A stretch of DNA of 64,000 bases, taken from the IMG/VR virus record IMGVR_UViG_3300009593_002680. One strand, 5' to 3'. This document shows positions 1-10,028 of the stretch, one piece after another. Every line of letters starts with the position of its first letter. The stretch's first letter is position 1. Source of the stretch: a virus. The notes under the pieces were generated by a model. It did no database searches. It saw only the letters and a list, made by a program, of their open reading frames with translations, and was not told the DNA's origin. The translations under genes were made by a program, and so were the position numbers.

Positions 1-1
1 T

Positions 2-709
2 ACAATTAAAGTAGGTGGAAATCTGCATGATGGGCATCACCAAAACTGGATTGATATCTATGATGTAACCGTACCTAATGAACCAAACAGCAATAAAGCA
101 GTTCATACAGTATGTGGACTTATGGCTAACAAAGAACTTGAATTAGATTACACATTAGGATATTACAGTGATAGTAGTGTTCGTAGTGCTCCTTGGCCTC
201 TTAGACTTGCACAGACGCCGTCTAACGAAACAAAGTTCTATGAGTTTAATCCTATATCCAATTTACGATATTGTGCAGGAGAACACTTAATACCAGTTAG
301 ACCAGGTGACCAGGTTAGCATGTTGTACGGTGGAATAGAGTTAGAAGATTTTGTAGGATATCAGTATGTAGAATGTAACACAGACTTACCACGTGGTATT
401 ACATTTGATTTAGAAAGTGGGTGGTTGTATGGAACTTTTAAATTTAAAACAAATATGTTTCATAGATTCCAAGTTGATATAAATGGGCAACTTTTTGAAT
501 ACCACATGATTAGTTGTGATGCAGACAATAAACTAACATACGAAGATGTAAAAGAAAAATATTTTAATAGACCATATGATTCACCACCATTTACAATGAG
601 AGAGTATTGGGTGCCTATGGCAAGACCAGTAAAATTATTAGAGCCTGGCGATCCTTTTATTAGAACTTACAACTTAAATGATTTACATTTATATAGGGGT
701 TACGAATGA
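2..709 (+). CDS. 5'-truncated hypothetical protein with putative Ig-like (He_PIG-type) segment
   Basis: Frame is open from base 2 through the ATG at 122, so the gene likely starts before the window; LPRGITFDLESGWLYGT resembles the putative-Ig motif. Confidence 0.5.
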   Translation, partial: TIKVGGNLHDGHHQNWIDIYDVTVPNEPNSNKAVHTVCGLMANKELELDYTLGYYSDSSVRSAPWPLRLAQTPSNETKFYEFNPISNLRYCAGEHLIPVRPGDQVSMLYGGIELEDFVGYQYVECNTDLPRGITFDLESGWLYGTFKFKTNMFHRFQVDINGQLFEYHMISCDADNKLTYEDVKEKYFNRPYDSPPFTMREYWVPMARPVKLLEPGDPFIRTYNLNDLHLYRGYE

Positions 710-1662
710 GAGGTGTAACATTTAGTGAATTCAAAGATGGTCAAAATGTTGATATGTTTTATCATGCACCTGATTGTAAACCAGGTACACCAATGCAAGA
801 AGCAATTCGAACTGCAAAAGAAATAAGAAACAAATACAGTAAAGACATATATGTATGGTGTGATTATAGTGTACAACACATGTATTCACAATTATGTATG
901 CAGGCTTTTAAAATGGCTGGTATAGAATTTGTTGCCGCCATTCCTGTTTTAAGTAATAACTTAACAAAACGTGAAAACGATTGTAGTATTGCATATTGTG
1001 AACAACGTAATATACCTTACGAATTATTTCATATAGATGTAGAAGAATTATTTAATGGTCCTGAATTAGAAAAGTACGGAGAAAAATTCCCAACTACACA
1101 ACCACAAATGACTATAGTTGGAAAATACTTTGATATACTTCCTAAATGTTGTTTAGTATATCCAGGCTTTATGGCTCATGTTAGTAATAGTGATTGGACT
1201 AGAACAAAGAACAATGGCTTTATGCCATTTGTACCACACCAAACTCAAGAACATGCCGCTGAAGTAAGTGGTTTAGAATATACTAATTTTCAAGAACATT
1301 ATGTAAACATGTACACTAGTTGGATGTTTACACAAAGTTATGGAGAAGTACTTAAATCAGCAACTAAAGATTTTGTTGATAATGCTCCACATAGATACTA
1401 TCAATATGAAATGCGTACTATAAAACAAGCAGGTTTCGATATAAAACCTACAACACAGAAATTAATTGGGATTGAATTACTTAAAAGCCATTTCGGACAT
1501 GATAAATATGATAGTGAACTTCGACAAAGGTTATCTCAATTTGGTCCATTATTATTAAAATATGCCAGTTTGCAATATACTGTCAAAGTAGACACAAGGT
1601 TAAAAGAGATGTTGGAAACACACTATGAAACAAGTTTTGAATTCATTAACAAACTTTTTTAA
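706..1662 (+). CDS. hypothetical protein, possibly degenerate adenine-nucleotide alpha-hydrolase fold
   Basis: 318 aa ORF, ATGA overlap with the upstream gene; PP-loop (SGGxDS) not intact, so fold guess is weak. Confidence 0.3.
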   Translation: MRGVTFSEFKDGQNVDMFYHAPDCKPGTPMQEAIRTAKEIRNKYSKDIYVWCDYSVQHMYSQLCMQAFKMAGIEFVAAIPVLSNNLTKRENDCSIAYCEQRNIPYELFHIDVEELFNGPELEKYGEKFPTTQPQMTIVGKYFDILPKCCLVYPGFMAHVSNSDWTRTKNNGFMPFVPHQTQEHAAEVSGLEYTNFQEHYVNMYTSWMFTQSYGEVLKSATKDFVDNAPHRYYQYEMRTIKQAGFDIKPTTQKLIGIELLKSHFGHDKYDSELRQRLSQFGPLLLKYASLQYTVKVDTRLKEMLETHYETSFEFINKLF

Positions 1663-2449
1663 AGATAAAGCAAAAGTAAACTTTTGGTTATATACACTTC
1701 CTATTCAATTAGTTGGATGGTGTATTTTGCCTATTATGGCATACAATGGTGATTGGAATTATCTTTGGTTAGGTTTAATTACATACTTCCTATTTGGTTG
1801 TATAGGAATGGCTATTGGCTTACATAGATATTGGGGTCATGCCGCATTTGAAATGCCCAAATGGAAAGAACGTTTAATGACAACATGTAGTGTGTTTAAT
1901 GGATACGGAGCAATTTTCCCTTGGGTTATGATACACACAAATGGACATCATAAAAATGCCGACCAAGAAGGAGACCCACATAGTCCACTACAAGGATTTT
2001 TTCATGCATTTTTAACTTGGCATAGAGAACAAAAGTATTTTGATGAACACATAGATAGAAAAGTGTTAGTTAGATATATAAGAAGAGGATTTGTCAACGA
2101 CAAATATTATCAATTTTTAAATGACCACCATTTAGTAATTAACTATGGAACAGTTGGTTTAGCATGGTTACTATTTGGTTGGCAAGTTGCACTATACGGA
2201 ATTGTATTTGGTATATGGGCAACATTAATGAATACAAGTACTGTTACAGCATTTAGTCATTACAGTTGGTTTGGCTATAGAAATTTTGAGACAAAAGATA
2301 ATAGTGTTAATAACAGAATTGGTTCACTTTTAACTTGGGGAGAAATGTTGCATAACAATCATCATAGGTATTGGAATGCACAAAGTAATAGTCAACACTG
2401 GAGTGAAATAGACATTAGTGGCTGGGTAATTAAAGGACTTAAAAAATAA
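1625..2449 (+). CDS. membrane fatty acid desaturase (delta-9-like)
   Basis: Three His boxes HRYWGH, HTNGHH, HNNHH plus hydrophobic TM segments. Confidence 0.9.
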   Translation: MKQVLNSLTNFFKDKAKVNFWLYTLPIQLVGWCILPIMAYNGDWNYLWLGLITYFLFGCIGMAIGLHRYWGHAAFEMPKWKERLMTTCSVFNGYGAIFPWVMIHTNGHHKNADQEGDPHSPLQGFFHAFLTWHREQKYFDEHIDRKVLVRYIRRGFVNDKYYQFLNDHHLVINYGTVGLAWLLFGWQVALYGIVFGIWATLMNTSTVTAFSHYSWFGYRNFETKDNSVNNRIGSLLTWGEMLHNNHHRYWNAQSNSQHWSEIDISGWVIKGLKK

Positions 2450-3219
2450 TGTTATTCTATTTAATATTCCTTCCAGTTTGTTTTATATCTTTGCTATGGA
2501 GTATAGCCAATGGTAGTACGCAGTTATTATGTGCTACCATTCTTTTTACATGGTTATACAGCGGCTATGGTATAAGTGTTGGGTTCCATAGATTACATGC
2601 CCACAATAGTTTTAAAACTTGGGAGCCTATAAGAAAGTTACTACTTTACTTAGGTTGTCAAGGAGCACAAGGTTCACCGGTGACTTGGACCTTAATACAT
2701 AATAGAAGTCATCACGCACATACAGACACAAATAAAGACGTACATACTCCAACAAGAGGTATTTTATATGCCTTAGGCGGTTGGATATATCATAAAGAAA
2801 ATCACGAATTTGCAAGAAAAGAAATTTTTAAAATTAAAAAAACTTTAGACCCATTTGCAGTCTGGTGCCACAAGAATTATTATATGTTAATCCTACTAAA
2901 CTTATTGATTATTTCACTATTAACAGTTTGGTGGTTCGACGGAAGATATATATTAGCAAGTTTGAATGGAAGTTTATTAGCAGTTGTTATAAGCGGATTA
3001 GTTAATTGGTTAGGACATTTTCCTATTAAAGGATTAACATATCAAACATCAAAAATGAAAAACAAGAGTACAAACAATCCTTGGTTAGCACCTCTAATAG
3101 GTTGGGGAGAGTTATTACATAATAACCATCATGCTAGACCAAGAAGATTAGAGTTTAATACTAAATGGTATGAAGTGGATATTGGCAAATGGATGATACA
3201 ACTAATACAGAAATCTTAA
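2449..3219 (+). CDS. second membrane fatty acid desaturase (delta-9-like)
   Basis: His boxes HRLHAH, HNRSHH, HNNHH; TM segments; TAATG coupling to the first desaturase. Confidence 0.9.
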   Translation: MLFYLIFLPVCFISLLWSIANGSTQLLCATILFTWLYSGYGISVGFHRLHAHNSFKTWEPIRKLLLYLGCQGAQGSPVTWTLIHNRSHHAHTDTNKDVHTPTRGILYALGGWIYHKENHEFARKEIFKIKKTLDPFAVWCHKNYYMLILLNLLIISLLTVWWFDGRYILASLNGSLLAVVISGLVNWLGHFPIKGLTYQTSKMKNKSTNNPWLAPLIGWGELLHNNHHARPRRLEFNTKWYEVDIGKWMIQLIQKS

Positions 3220-3788
3220 GAACATTTTTTAAAGGAGAAATTGGCTGTATTGAATATACAGATAAATGGCTACCTCAATTAGAAGAGTTTTGTAGTATTG
3301 CAAAAGACTTAGGTTACGTTAGTAACGAATCACCCGAAGCAATGAAAGTAGATGAAATACAATATCATTGTATGATACATATACCAACAAATAAAATTTA
3401 TGCAGTAGCAGGTGTACAATATATGCCTGAATACAAAGAAGGTTATTATAGGATATGGACTAGGTTATGTAGAATACCAAATGAAGATATACCTATGACA
3501 AGAACAAGAAGATATGGTAGAGGAGAGATGCAAGAGTTTGATGGACTACTATATTTTAATTGTGATTGGGCAACAAAGCAAGATAATTTTAAAGCAACAT
3601 TTGGTACTACACTAGCCAACAAAGCCTATGCAGACAGTTATGTAAGAAGTACAAATACTATTACAGACTATGTTGCAAGAAATTGGTGGCGTAGAAAAGG
3701 TATAGCAGAACCAGAAGGCATAACAGAATTTTATGCAGTACCACAAGTAGTATGGCGTATGCATTTTGATAAGTTTAAGGAACTATAA
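3189..3788 (+). CDS. hypothetical protein
   Basis: 199 aa ORF in the operon; no confident motif. Confidence 0.5.
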   Translation: MDDTTNTEILRTFFKGEIGCIEYTDKWLPQLEEFCSIAKDLGYVSNESPEAMKVDEIQYHCMIHIPTNKIYAVAGVQYMPEYKEGYYRIWTRLCRIPNEDIPMTRTRRYGRGEMQEFDGLLYFNCDWATKQDNFKATFGTTLANKAYADSYVRSTNTITDYVARNWWRRKGIAEPEGITEFYAVPQVVWRMHFDKFKEL

Positions 3789-4645
3789 TGATACCTAATA
3801 TCAAAAGAATTATATTTCAAGTAGACAGCAAAATGAATCATGCTATAATAGATGACTCTCCAATACAAGTAGGATGTGAATTAGTTATACCAGACAAATT
3901 TAAAGTTAAGCAACCATTATGTATTATAAGTCACGGATCAGGTGGACTTGGTGCTGATACAGATTTATTTGTAAACAGTTTAGCAAACTTAGGTATAGCA
4001 AGTTTATGTGTTGATAGTTTTACAGGAAGAAATATAGATGCTTTACATTGGGGAGATATTTTATCTAGTTATGTTAGTCCAAAGATGAGAGCATTAGAAA
4101 CAGTTGAAGCATATAACTTTTTAAAAAATAAAAATTTTCCTTATTTAGATTTAGACAATGTTGCATGTGTTGGATTTAGTTGGGGTGCCGATACAATAGC
4201 AAATATAACAGGATACTATTTTAATCAACTTCCTAAAGATACTTTTTATGCATTATGTTATGGAAACTTGTGGCCCTTTGAAGAAGCATTTTATAATGCA
4301 AAAGATTTGAATGTTAGATTGTATCACGGAGAAAAAGATAATTGGACTAGTCCTGATAAAAGTAAAATTTTTGCAGAACAAACTAACAGTGAGTATGTAG
4401 AGTTTTATGATTGCGTACACGGATTTTGTAAACCAGCAAATGGTTTAAATGATGTAGGAGAAGTAACAATTAATCATCATGCACCTTTTCCTATACCAAC
4501 AGAATTGACAGATGTTTACAAATGGATTATGAAAGGTAAGATTTGGGAAGACACAGATTTTCAAAAAGTAAATGCTGTAATGGAATATGATGACCTAGCA
4601 ACACAACGAATTTTAACAGATATCCACAAACATTTAATAGACTAA
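3788..4645 (+). CDS. dienelactone hydrolase-like alpha/beta hydrolase
   Basis: SHGSGG, nucleophile elbow GFSWG, HGEKD and HGF motifs. Confidence 0.8.
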   Translation: MIPNIKRIIFQVDSKMNHAIIDDSPIQVGCELVIPDKFKVKQPLCIISHGSGGLGADTDLFVNSLANLGIASLCVDSFTGRNIDALHWGDILSSYVSPKMRALETVEAYNFLKNKNFPYLDLDNVACVGFSWGADTIANITGYYFNQLPKDTFYALCYGNLWPFEEAFYNAKDLNVRLYHGEKDNWTSPDKSKIFAEQTNSEYVEFYDCVHGFCKPANGLNDVGEVTINHHAPFPIPTELTDVYKWIMKGKIWEDTDFQKVNAVMEYDDLATQRILTDIHKHLID

Positions 4646-4652
4646 AAACCCG

Positions 4653-4659
4653 ATAAATA
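4653..4659 (+). promoter_or_regulatory. T4-type late promoter box ATAAATA, 5 nt before ATG
   Basis: gATAAATA-gtagt-ATG(4665); no SD. Confidence 0.7.
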
Positions 4660-4664
4660 GTAGT

Positions 4665-5687
4665 ATGGCTAAACTACTATGGGTTAAAGGCCCACATACA
4701 ACAGACCCAGAAAGAGCAGTACAAATACAATGGAGTATGGGTAATACCTGTAACTTCAGTTGTGACTACTGTCCTACAATTCTACATGATGGTAGTAAAC
4801 CTTGGCTTCCAACAGAACGTTATTTACAAGTTGTTGATAAAATTTCCAATCACTATAAAGAAAAAGGCAGGTATATGCATTGGGAATTGCTTGGTGGCGA
4901 AGTAACTACTATACCAGACTTTGAAGAAATTATAAAACGTATTGCACATTATAATTCTAGTGTAACAATTTATACTAATGGAAGTAGAACAACAAGATGG
5001 TGGAATGAAGCAAAAGACTATTTAACAGGTGTTGTAATAACATATCACCCTTTAACAATGGACGTACAGCATTTATATGACGTTGTAAATACACTTAAAG
5101 ATAACCTTATACTAGATATTAATATTGCTGGCATAGGAGGTCGTGTAAAAGAATTAAGTGAAGTAGCAGATAACTTAAGAAATATATTTACAGATGGAAA
5201 AATGCAAAGTATATATGATGTGAATATAACAATAAAAACAATGTACAAAAAGTATTTAGGTCCAGATGCAAATCATCATCAACAAGAAGCATACTATGAA
5301 TATACTCCTGAAGAAATAACAATCATGCAAAGACCTGGAGTACTACCAAATCCAAATAGACAACCAAGCCAAGATCCAAATGACAGTATGGAACATCCTC
5401 GTTTTTGGAGTACAGAATTTATGTATGACGATGCTCCTCCAAAGTATGTACAAAGTCACCAAATTATAAATGAAGGACTTAATAAATTTAAAGGCATGAA
5501 ATGTGAATTAGGTTTTGACAGTTTAAATATTGACATGAATGGCGAAGTAATTAGTAGTTGGTGTGGTGCAAGAAACTTTGGAAATATTACACAATTAGAA
5601 AATTGGGATATACCAAAAACTGAAACAAGATGTCCTTACGAATTCTGTAACAACCTCAATGACATCAGCATAACAAAGACGTTATAA
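4665..5687 (+). CDS. radical SAM protein with C-terminal Cys-containing (SPASM/twitch-like) region
   Basis: CNFSCDYC (CxxxCxxC), GGE motif, TNG motif, C-terminal cysteines. Confidence 0.9.
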   Translation: MAKLLWVKGPHTTDPERAVQIQWSMGNTCNFSCDYCPTILHDGSKPWLPTERYLQVVDKISNHYKEKGRYMHWELLGGEVTTIPDFEEIIKRIAHYNSSVTIYTNGSRTTRWWNEAKDYLTGVVITYHPLTMDVQHLYDVVNTLKDNLILDINIAGIGGRVKELSEVADNLRNIFTDGKMQSIYDVNITIKTMYKKYLGPDANHHQQEAYYEYTPEEITIMQRPGVLPNPNRQPSQDPNDSMEHPRFWSTEFMYDDAPPKYVQSHQIINEGLNKFKGMKCELGFDSLNIDMNGEVISSWCGARNFGNITQLENWDIPKTETRCPYEFCNNLNDISITKTL

Positions 5688-5722
5688 AAAACAACCTTAA
5701 TATAACTTTTTTTATAAAGTAA

Positions 5723-5730
5723 TATAAATA
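5723..5730 (+). promoter_or_regulatory. late promoter TATAAATA
   Basis: Exact T4 late consensus upstream of the micro-ORF chain. Confidence 0.55.
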
Positions 5731-5850
5731 CCTTCTATAGTAAGCAATAAGTTTTGTTTATGTAATCATTCTCCCTTAAAAATGGTTTATAATGTAAAAC
5801 GTTCTATGATTTTCGCCACCCTGCTCTTTGCGATACAGGTAGGAGACACC

Positions 5851-5922
5851 ATGGCAGGAGTGATGAGAAGTTTACGAGATATAGAAAACACTTACTACAT
5901 ACACAGGAGTAACAATGGATGA
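5851..5922 (+). CDS. 23-aa micro-ORF MAGVMRSLRDIENTYYIHRSNNG
   Basis: AGGAG 5 nt before ATG; not in the ORF track. Confidence 0.4.
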   Translation: MAGVMRSLRDIENTYYIHRSNNG

Positions 5923-6013
5923 GTTTGAAAAGAATCTCAGAGATAAAGCAGAACTAATTACATTAATATCCATTTTTCTTGTAAGTGTTCTTGCACTAAC
6001 ACCAGCGATATGA
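5915..6013 (+). CDS. 32-aa single-TM micro-protein MDEFEKNLRDKAELITLISIFLVSVLALTPAI
   Basis: AGGAG SD; hydrophobic C-terminus; ATGA overlap with the next ORF. Confidence 0.6.
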   Translation: MDEFEKNLRDKAELITLISIFLVSVLALTPAI

Positions 6014-6183
6014 AACAATATAGAGAAGCAACACCTCAAGAATTAGAGGATTGGCATAACAAAGAAGGTAAGTATTGGGCAGATAGATCCTTAAGCATAG
6101 TAGCAATAGCATCGGTTTTTCAAGTTTTAAGTTTAGGATTTCTGCTATTATCATTCAAACTAATACAAATACTATTCTCATAA
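6010..6183 (+). CDS. 57-aa small membrane protein
   Basis: ATGA coupling; C-terminal hydrophobic stretch SIVAIASVFQVLSLGFLLLSF. Confidence 0.6.
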   Translation: MKQYREATPQELEDWHNKEGKYWADRSLSIVAIASVFQVLSLGFLLLSFKLIQILFS

Positions 6184-6198
6184 CCAATAAATAGTAGC

Positions 6199-6783
6199 AT
6201 GTTACCATACTACTTAGACATACCCGAACTAGAATTACCTTTTACAATAGAAGATAAACCGTATGTGCAACACCCTATGGATTTAATGACGCCGACAGGG
6301 TTAGGCTTAGGTGGAAACAATTTTCAATATAGAGGAGTACCTGAAGATTGGTACATGCTCACAAAATCATACCTCGAAGAAAAACTTACAATTAAAATTG
6401 GAAGTCTAACACTTTTGAATACAATGTGTAATGCTTCAAGTCCATGGCATAGTGAAGGTCCTTCAACATTTGGACGCAGGTGTGCATTAAACTTTATGGT
6501 TGCAGGAGACTTTGAACGTAGTTATGTTCGATGGGCAAGTAAAGGAGACACTGATCCTATAGAAACATTAGACGGTAAAGGTGCATGGTGGGAAGATGAA
6601 AACTTAGAAGTTTTAGCAGAACACAGAATGACTCCAGGCAAGGCAACAATTTATAATACAATGCATTGGCACAGAGTTTTCAATTTTACTGGATGGAACA
6701 GAATGGTTATCAGTGCCGCCATAATGGAAGACATTGAAACTGTCAATAATCTTTATTTACAAGACAAATTATTCAAGACTTAA
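6199..6783 (+). CDS. cupin / 2OG-Fe(II) oxygenase-like protein
   Basis: WHSE...HWHRV...RMVISA spacing typical of double-stranded beta-helix oxygenases; ATAAATA 5 nt upstream. Confidence 0.55.
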   Translation: MLPYYLDIPELELPFTIEDKPYVQHPMDLMTPTGLGLGGNNFQYRGVPEDWYMLTKSYLEEKLTIKIGSLTLLNTMCNASSPWHSEGPSTFGRRCALNFMVAGDFERSYVRWASKGDTDPIETLDGKGAWWEDENLEVLAEHRMTPGKATIYNTMHWHRVFNFTGWNRMVISAAIMEDIETVNNLYLQDKLFKT

Positions 6784-6886
6784 AGTACCACTTAACCTGA
6801 AGTTGTAATAACACCTATATAGAAATATACGATAAATACAAGTGTAGATAATGATGTAAAAACATCACAAGGGGTAACTAAACAAT

Positions 6887-7054
6887 ATGTCTAATAAGAC
6901 GCCATACGAAATTCGATTAGAATTGATACAAGAAGCAAGGTTGATTTTACAAGCGAAGGCTAGTAAACCTGAGTTCATGCCATCTACTGAGGAAGTTATC
7001 TCCGAGGCAGAGAAACTTAATCAGTTTATTTCCAGAAAACCTGATTCCAGATAA
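6887..7054 (+). CDS. 55-aa hypothetical protein (MSNKTPYEIRLELIQEAR...)
   Basis: Clean ORF with AAGGGG SD and late box at 6832-6838; not in the ORF track. Confidence 0.65.
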   Translation: MSNKTPYEIRLELIQEARLILQAKASKPEFMPSTEEVISEAEKLNQFISRKPDSR

Positions 7055-7075
7055 TACCAATTTATTATATTTTTG

Positions 7076-7104
7076 TTGACAGAATAAGTTAAATAAAGTA
7101 CAAT
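7076..7104 (+). promoter_or_regulatory. sigma70-type promoter TTGACA-N17-TACAAT
   Basis: Near-consensus hexamers with 17-nt spacer upstream of the glycosyltransferase genes. Confidence 0.65.
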
Positions 7105-7135
7105 AACACTTTAACTATTCGGAACAGGAATATAC

Positions 7136-8083
7136 ATGGCTAATAGAAAACAAAAGCGAACTGCAAAATCTAGCAAAGCAAAGAATAAAGCAGAGGCTCA
7201 AAAAGCAAAGAATTCACCTAAACCAATTAATGAGAATGTTGATCCAGCACAGGACGACACTCTTTATAAATTATTGGATGCAAAAATTGAAATACCCATT
7301 CAAGTATTAAGAGAGAAACATATTTTTATTGCAACACCTTGTTACGGTGGGCAAATTGGTGAACCATACTTTAGAAGTATGATGAGACTTGCTATACTAT
7401 GTAACAAGTATGATATACAATACACAGTAAGTACATTGGCTAATGAAAGTTTAATTACAAGAGGAAGAAACACACTTGTAAGTTTCTTTATGGAACACCC
7501 TGAAGCAACACATTTATTCTTTATTGATGCAGACATCGAGTTTGATCCAAATGATTTATTAAGAATGGTTGCATACGATAGACCTATTACAGTAGGTGCA
7601 TATCCTAAGAAAGCAATTAATTGGGATAGTATTATAAATGCCGCAAGACGTAATGAAGAAGAGACACCACAAACAATCGAAGGACATAGTTCTAACTATG
7701 TTGTAAACTTTGATTTCTTAAAAGATGCAGACGGCAATCCACAAAATCAAATACAAATTAGAGATAACTTAATTAAATTAAAAGATGCTGGTACAGGATT
7801 TATGTGTATCCAACGTCAAGTTATTGAAAAAATGTTTGAAGAGTATCCAGACTTAAAATATGCAAACGATATTAATGTAGATGAAAAGTTTGAAAAACAC
7901 ATGTACGCATTATTTGATACAATGATTGATCCTGACAGTAGACGTTACTTGTCAGAGGATTATACATTCTGTAGATTGTGGCAACAAATGGGCGGAGAAG
8001 TATTTTTAGATCCACGTACAGGACTTAACCACGTAGGACATTATACATTCCGTGGAAACATTAGAAAACTTATAACAGGATAA
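7136..8083 (+). CDS. GT-A fold glycosyltransferase (family 2-like)
   Basis: IFIATPCYGG, LITRGRN, FIDADI (DxD), LSEDYTFC motifs. Confidence 0.8.
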   Translation: MANRKQKRTAKSSKAKNKAEAQKAKNSPKPINENVDPAQDDTLYKLLDAKIEIPIQVLREKHIFIATPCYGGQIGEPYFRSMMRLAILCNKYDIQYTVSTLANESLITRGRNTLVSFFMEHPEATHLFFIDADIEFDPNDLLRMVAYDRPITVGAYPKKAINWDSIINAARRNEEETPQTIEGHSSNYVVNFDFLKDADGNPQNQIQIRDNLIKLKDAGTGFMCIQRQVIEKMFEEYPDLKYANDINVDEKFEKHMYALFDTMIDPDSRRYLSEDYTFCRLWQQMGGEVFLDPRTGLNHVGHYTFRGNIRKLITG

Positions 8084-8086
8084 AAA

Positions 8087-8995
8087 ATGGAAAAAGCAGA
8101 GGTAGAAATTAACGAAGGTAGTGTAATTAGTATTATTCTTCCAACACGTGGAAGAACAGGCGGAGCATTACAAGACAGCATTAAAAGTTTATTAGAAAAT
8201 GCAACAGATCCAAGCAAGATTGAAATTATGCTTGGAGTAGATGAAGATGACCAAGATAGCATTGATTGGGTAAACAACGAAGCGGCAGATTTTGTTAAAC
8301 CTTGGAGTTGTGCCTGTAAAGCCAAAATATTTCAACCATTAGGATATGAACAATTAAATGTTTATGTAAATTTACTTTGTCATTCAAGTACGGGTAATTG
8401 GTTATTCCTTTGGAATGATGATGCACTTATGCAAACAAAAGGTTGGGACGAAGTAGTACAAAGTTATGATGGACAGTTTAAATGTTTAGCACCAAACGAC
8501 AACCATGACCATCCATTTGCAATTTTCCCACTTATACCTGCAGACTGGTTTACACTATGTGATGCTTGGAGCATTAATGCACAAAACGATACATGGGTAA
8601 GTGTTATTGCTAGAATGAATGGAATATTTGAACGTATTGATATTGATGTATTACATGACCGAGCAGACCTAACTGGTGGAAATGATGACCAAACATTTGC
8701 AGATAGAAAGTACATGGAAGGTAATCCAGAAGATCCTAAAGATTTTAATCACCCAAGTATGCAACAAGCAAGAATGCATCATGCAAGTAAAATTGATTGG
8801 TTCTTAAAGAAAATGGGAGTACATGATACACCTAGTCCATTTGAACAATTTATAAAAGGTGAAGTTAATCCTTTTGATGATGTAAACAAACATAATCCTA
8901 AAGGGGCAGGACAGTTTGGTAGCATTAATAAACCACAAGAAGAGTTTCCAACAAACAAGCCAAGATTAGACGACGATACTAAGATTACATTGTAA
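8087..8995 (+). CDS. GT-A fold glycosyltransferase (family 2-like)
   Basis: ISIILPTRGR N-terminus, GVDEDD, FLWNDDA. Confidence 0.75.
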   Translation: MEKAEVEINEGSVISIILPTRGRTGGALQDSIKSLLENATDPSKIEIMLGVDEDDQDSIDWVNNEAADFVKPWSCACKAKIFQPLGYEQLNVYVNLLCHSSTGNWLFLWNDDALMQTKGWDEVVQSYDGQFKCLAPNDNHDHPFAIFPLIPADWFTLCDAWSINAQNDTWVSVIARMNGIFERIDIDVLHDRADLTGGNDDQTFADRKYMEGNPEDPKDFNHPSMQQARMHHASKIDWFLKKMGVHDTPSPFEQFIKGEVNPFDDVNKHNPKGAGQFGSINKPQEEFPTNKPRLDDDTKITL

Positions 8996-9774
8996 TGGCA
9001 ATACCACCCGATTTTGATATTTCTACTGCCTTAGAAAATTTTGAAAATCATTCAGGCCCATATCCAAGAAGCGAACGTTATACATTTTTTGACACAATGT
9101 TAAACAATATCGATTGGGAAAATGCAGTTATACTAGACTTAGGTGGCAATAGAGGAAATCTGTTAGAGGATTTACAACAAAAAAAGATAGGCAAAGAAGA
9201 AAACTACTATTGTTTAGATGTTGACCACGAAGCATTAAACTTTGGACAATCAAATTATCCTAATGCAAATTGGGTTTCTTATGATGCATTTAATCCTATG
9301 TATAATAAGACAGGAGTTCTGTCACAAAAGTTTCCTTTTGAAGATAATAAGTTTGATGTAATATGTTGTTATAGTGTTTACTCTCATACTACACATGAAA
9401 ACTTTATAGCAGATTTACAAGAAATACAAAGAGTATTAAAGCCGGGTGGTCAAGTTGCAATTACATTTGTGGACCATGAAAGTGTTAGGTTCTTTTTAGA
9501 TAAACGTAAAGCAGACTACCCTGGCAAATTTATTTTAAACCAAATAGATATAAACAATGCACTTCAAGAAAAAAGAATGGAATATATTTATTTTGTTGAT
9601 AATGATTTATTAGTAGATGAAATACATAACCCAGAAGGTATAACACATCTAGTTACTGTATATCACAAAGATTGGTTACAGAATGAACTAAATAGTGTTG
9701 GATTAGATGTAACGATAAAACAACCTATACAAGGGCATATCCAAAAAACAATAGTATTCAATGGCAAAAATTAA
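8995..9774 (+). CDS. class I SAM-dependent methyltransferase
   Basis: VILDLGGNRG motif I, CLDVD, FDVICCYSVYSH, RVLKPGG. Confidence 0.85.
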   Translation: MAIPPDFDISTALENFENHSGPYPRSERYTFFDTMLNNIDWENAVILDLGGNRGNLLEDLQQKKIGKEENYYCLDVDHEALNFGQSNYPNANWVSYDAFNPMYNKTGVLSQKFPFEDNKFDVICCYSVYSHTTHENFIADLQEIQRVLKPGGQVAITFVDHESVRFFLDKRKADYPGKFILNQIDINNALQEKRMEYIYFVDNDLLVDEIHNPEGITHLVTVYHKDWLQNELNSVGLDVTIKQPIQGHIQKTIVFNGKN

Positions 9775-9988
9775 GTACACAGAAGCATCAGAAGATGAAC
9801 ATGCAAAGCAAATAGATATACAAGGTATTTGTAAAAAGCACAATATAGGACGACACGACTTAATTAATGTAGCAACTCAAGTAGCAAGATTAGGGAATAT
9901 CACACCAGTACAAGCACTTGAAAGATTACTAGAATGTGATGATATTCCAGAATTAATTACAAATCTTAAGTTTAATAGCATGATTTAA
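9761..9988 (+). CDS. hypothetical protein
   Basis: 75 aa ORF overlapping the MTase stop. Confidence 0.5.
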   Translation: MAKIKYTEASEDEHAKQIDIQGICKKHNIGRHDLINVATQVARLGNITPVQALERLLECDDIPELITNLKFNSMI

Positions 9989-9991
9989 TGC

Positions 9992-10020
9992 TTGACAAAC
10001 AACCTTTATTACAGTATAAT
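9992..10020 (+). promoter_or_regulatory. sigma70 promoter TTGACA-N17-TATAAT
   Basis: Perfect consensus upstream of the structured RNA and tRNAs. Confidence 0.85.
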
Positions 10021-10028
10021 TAGTTAGT

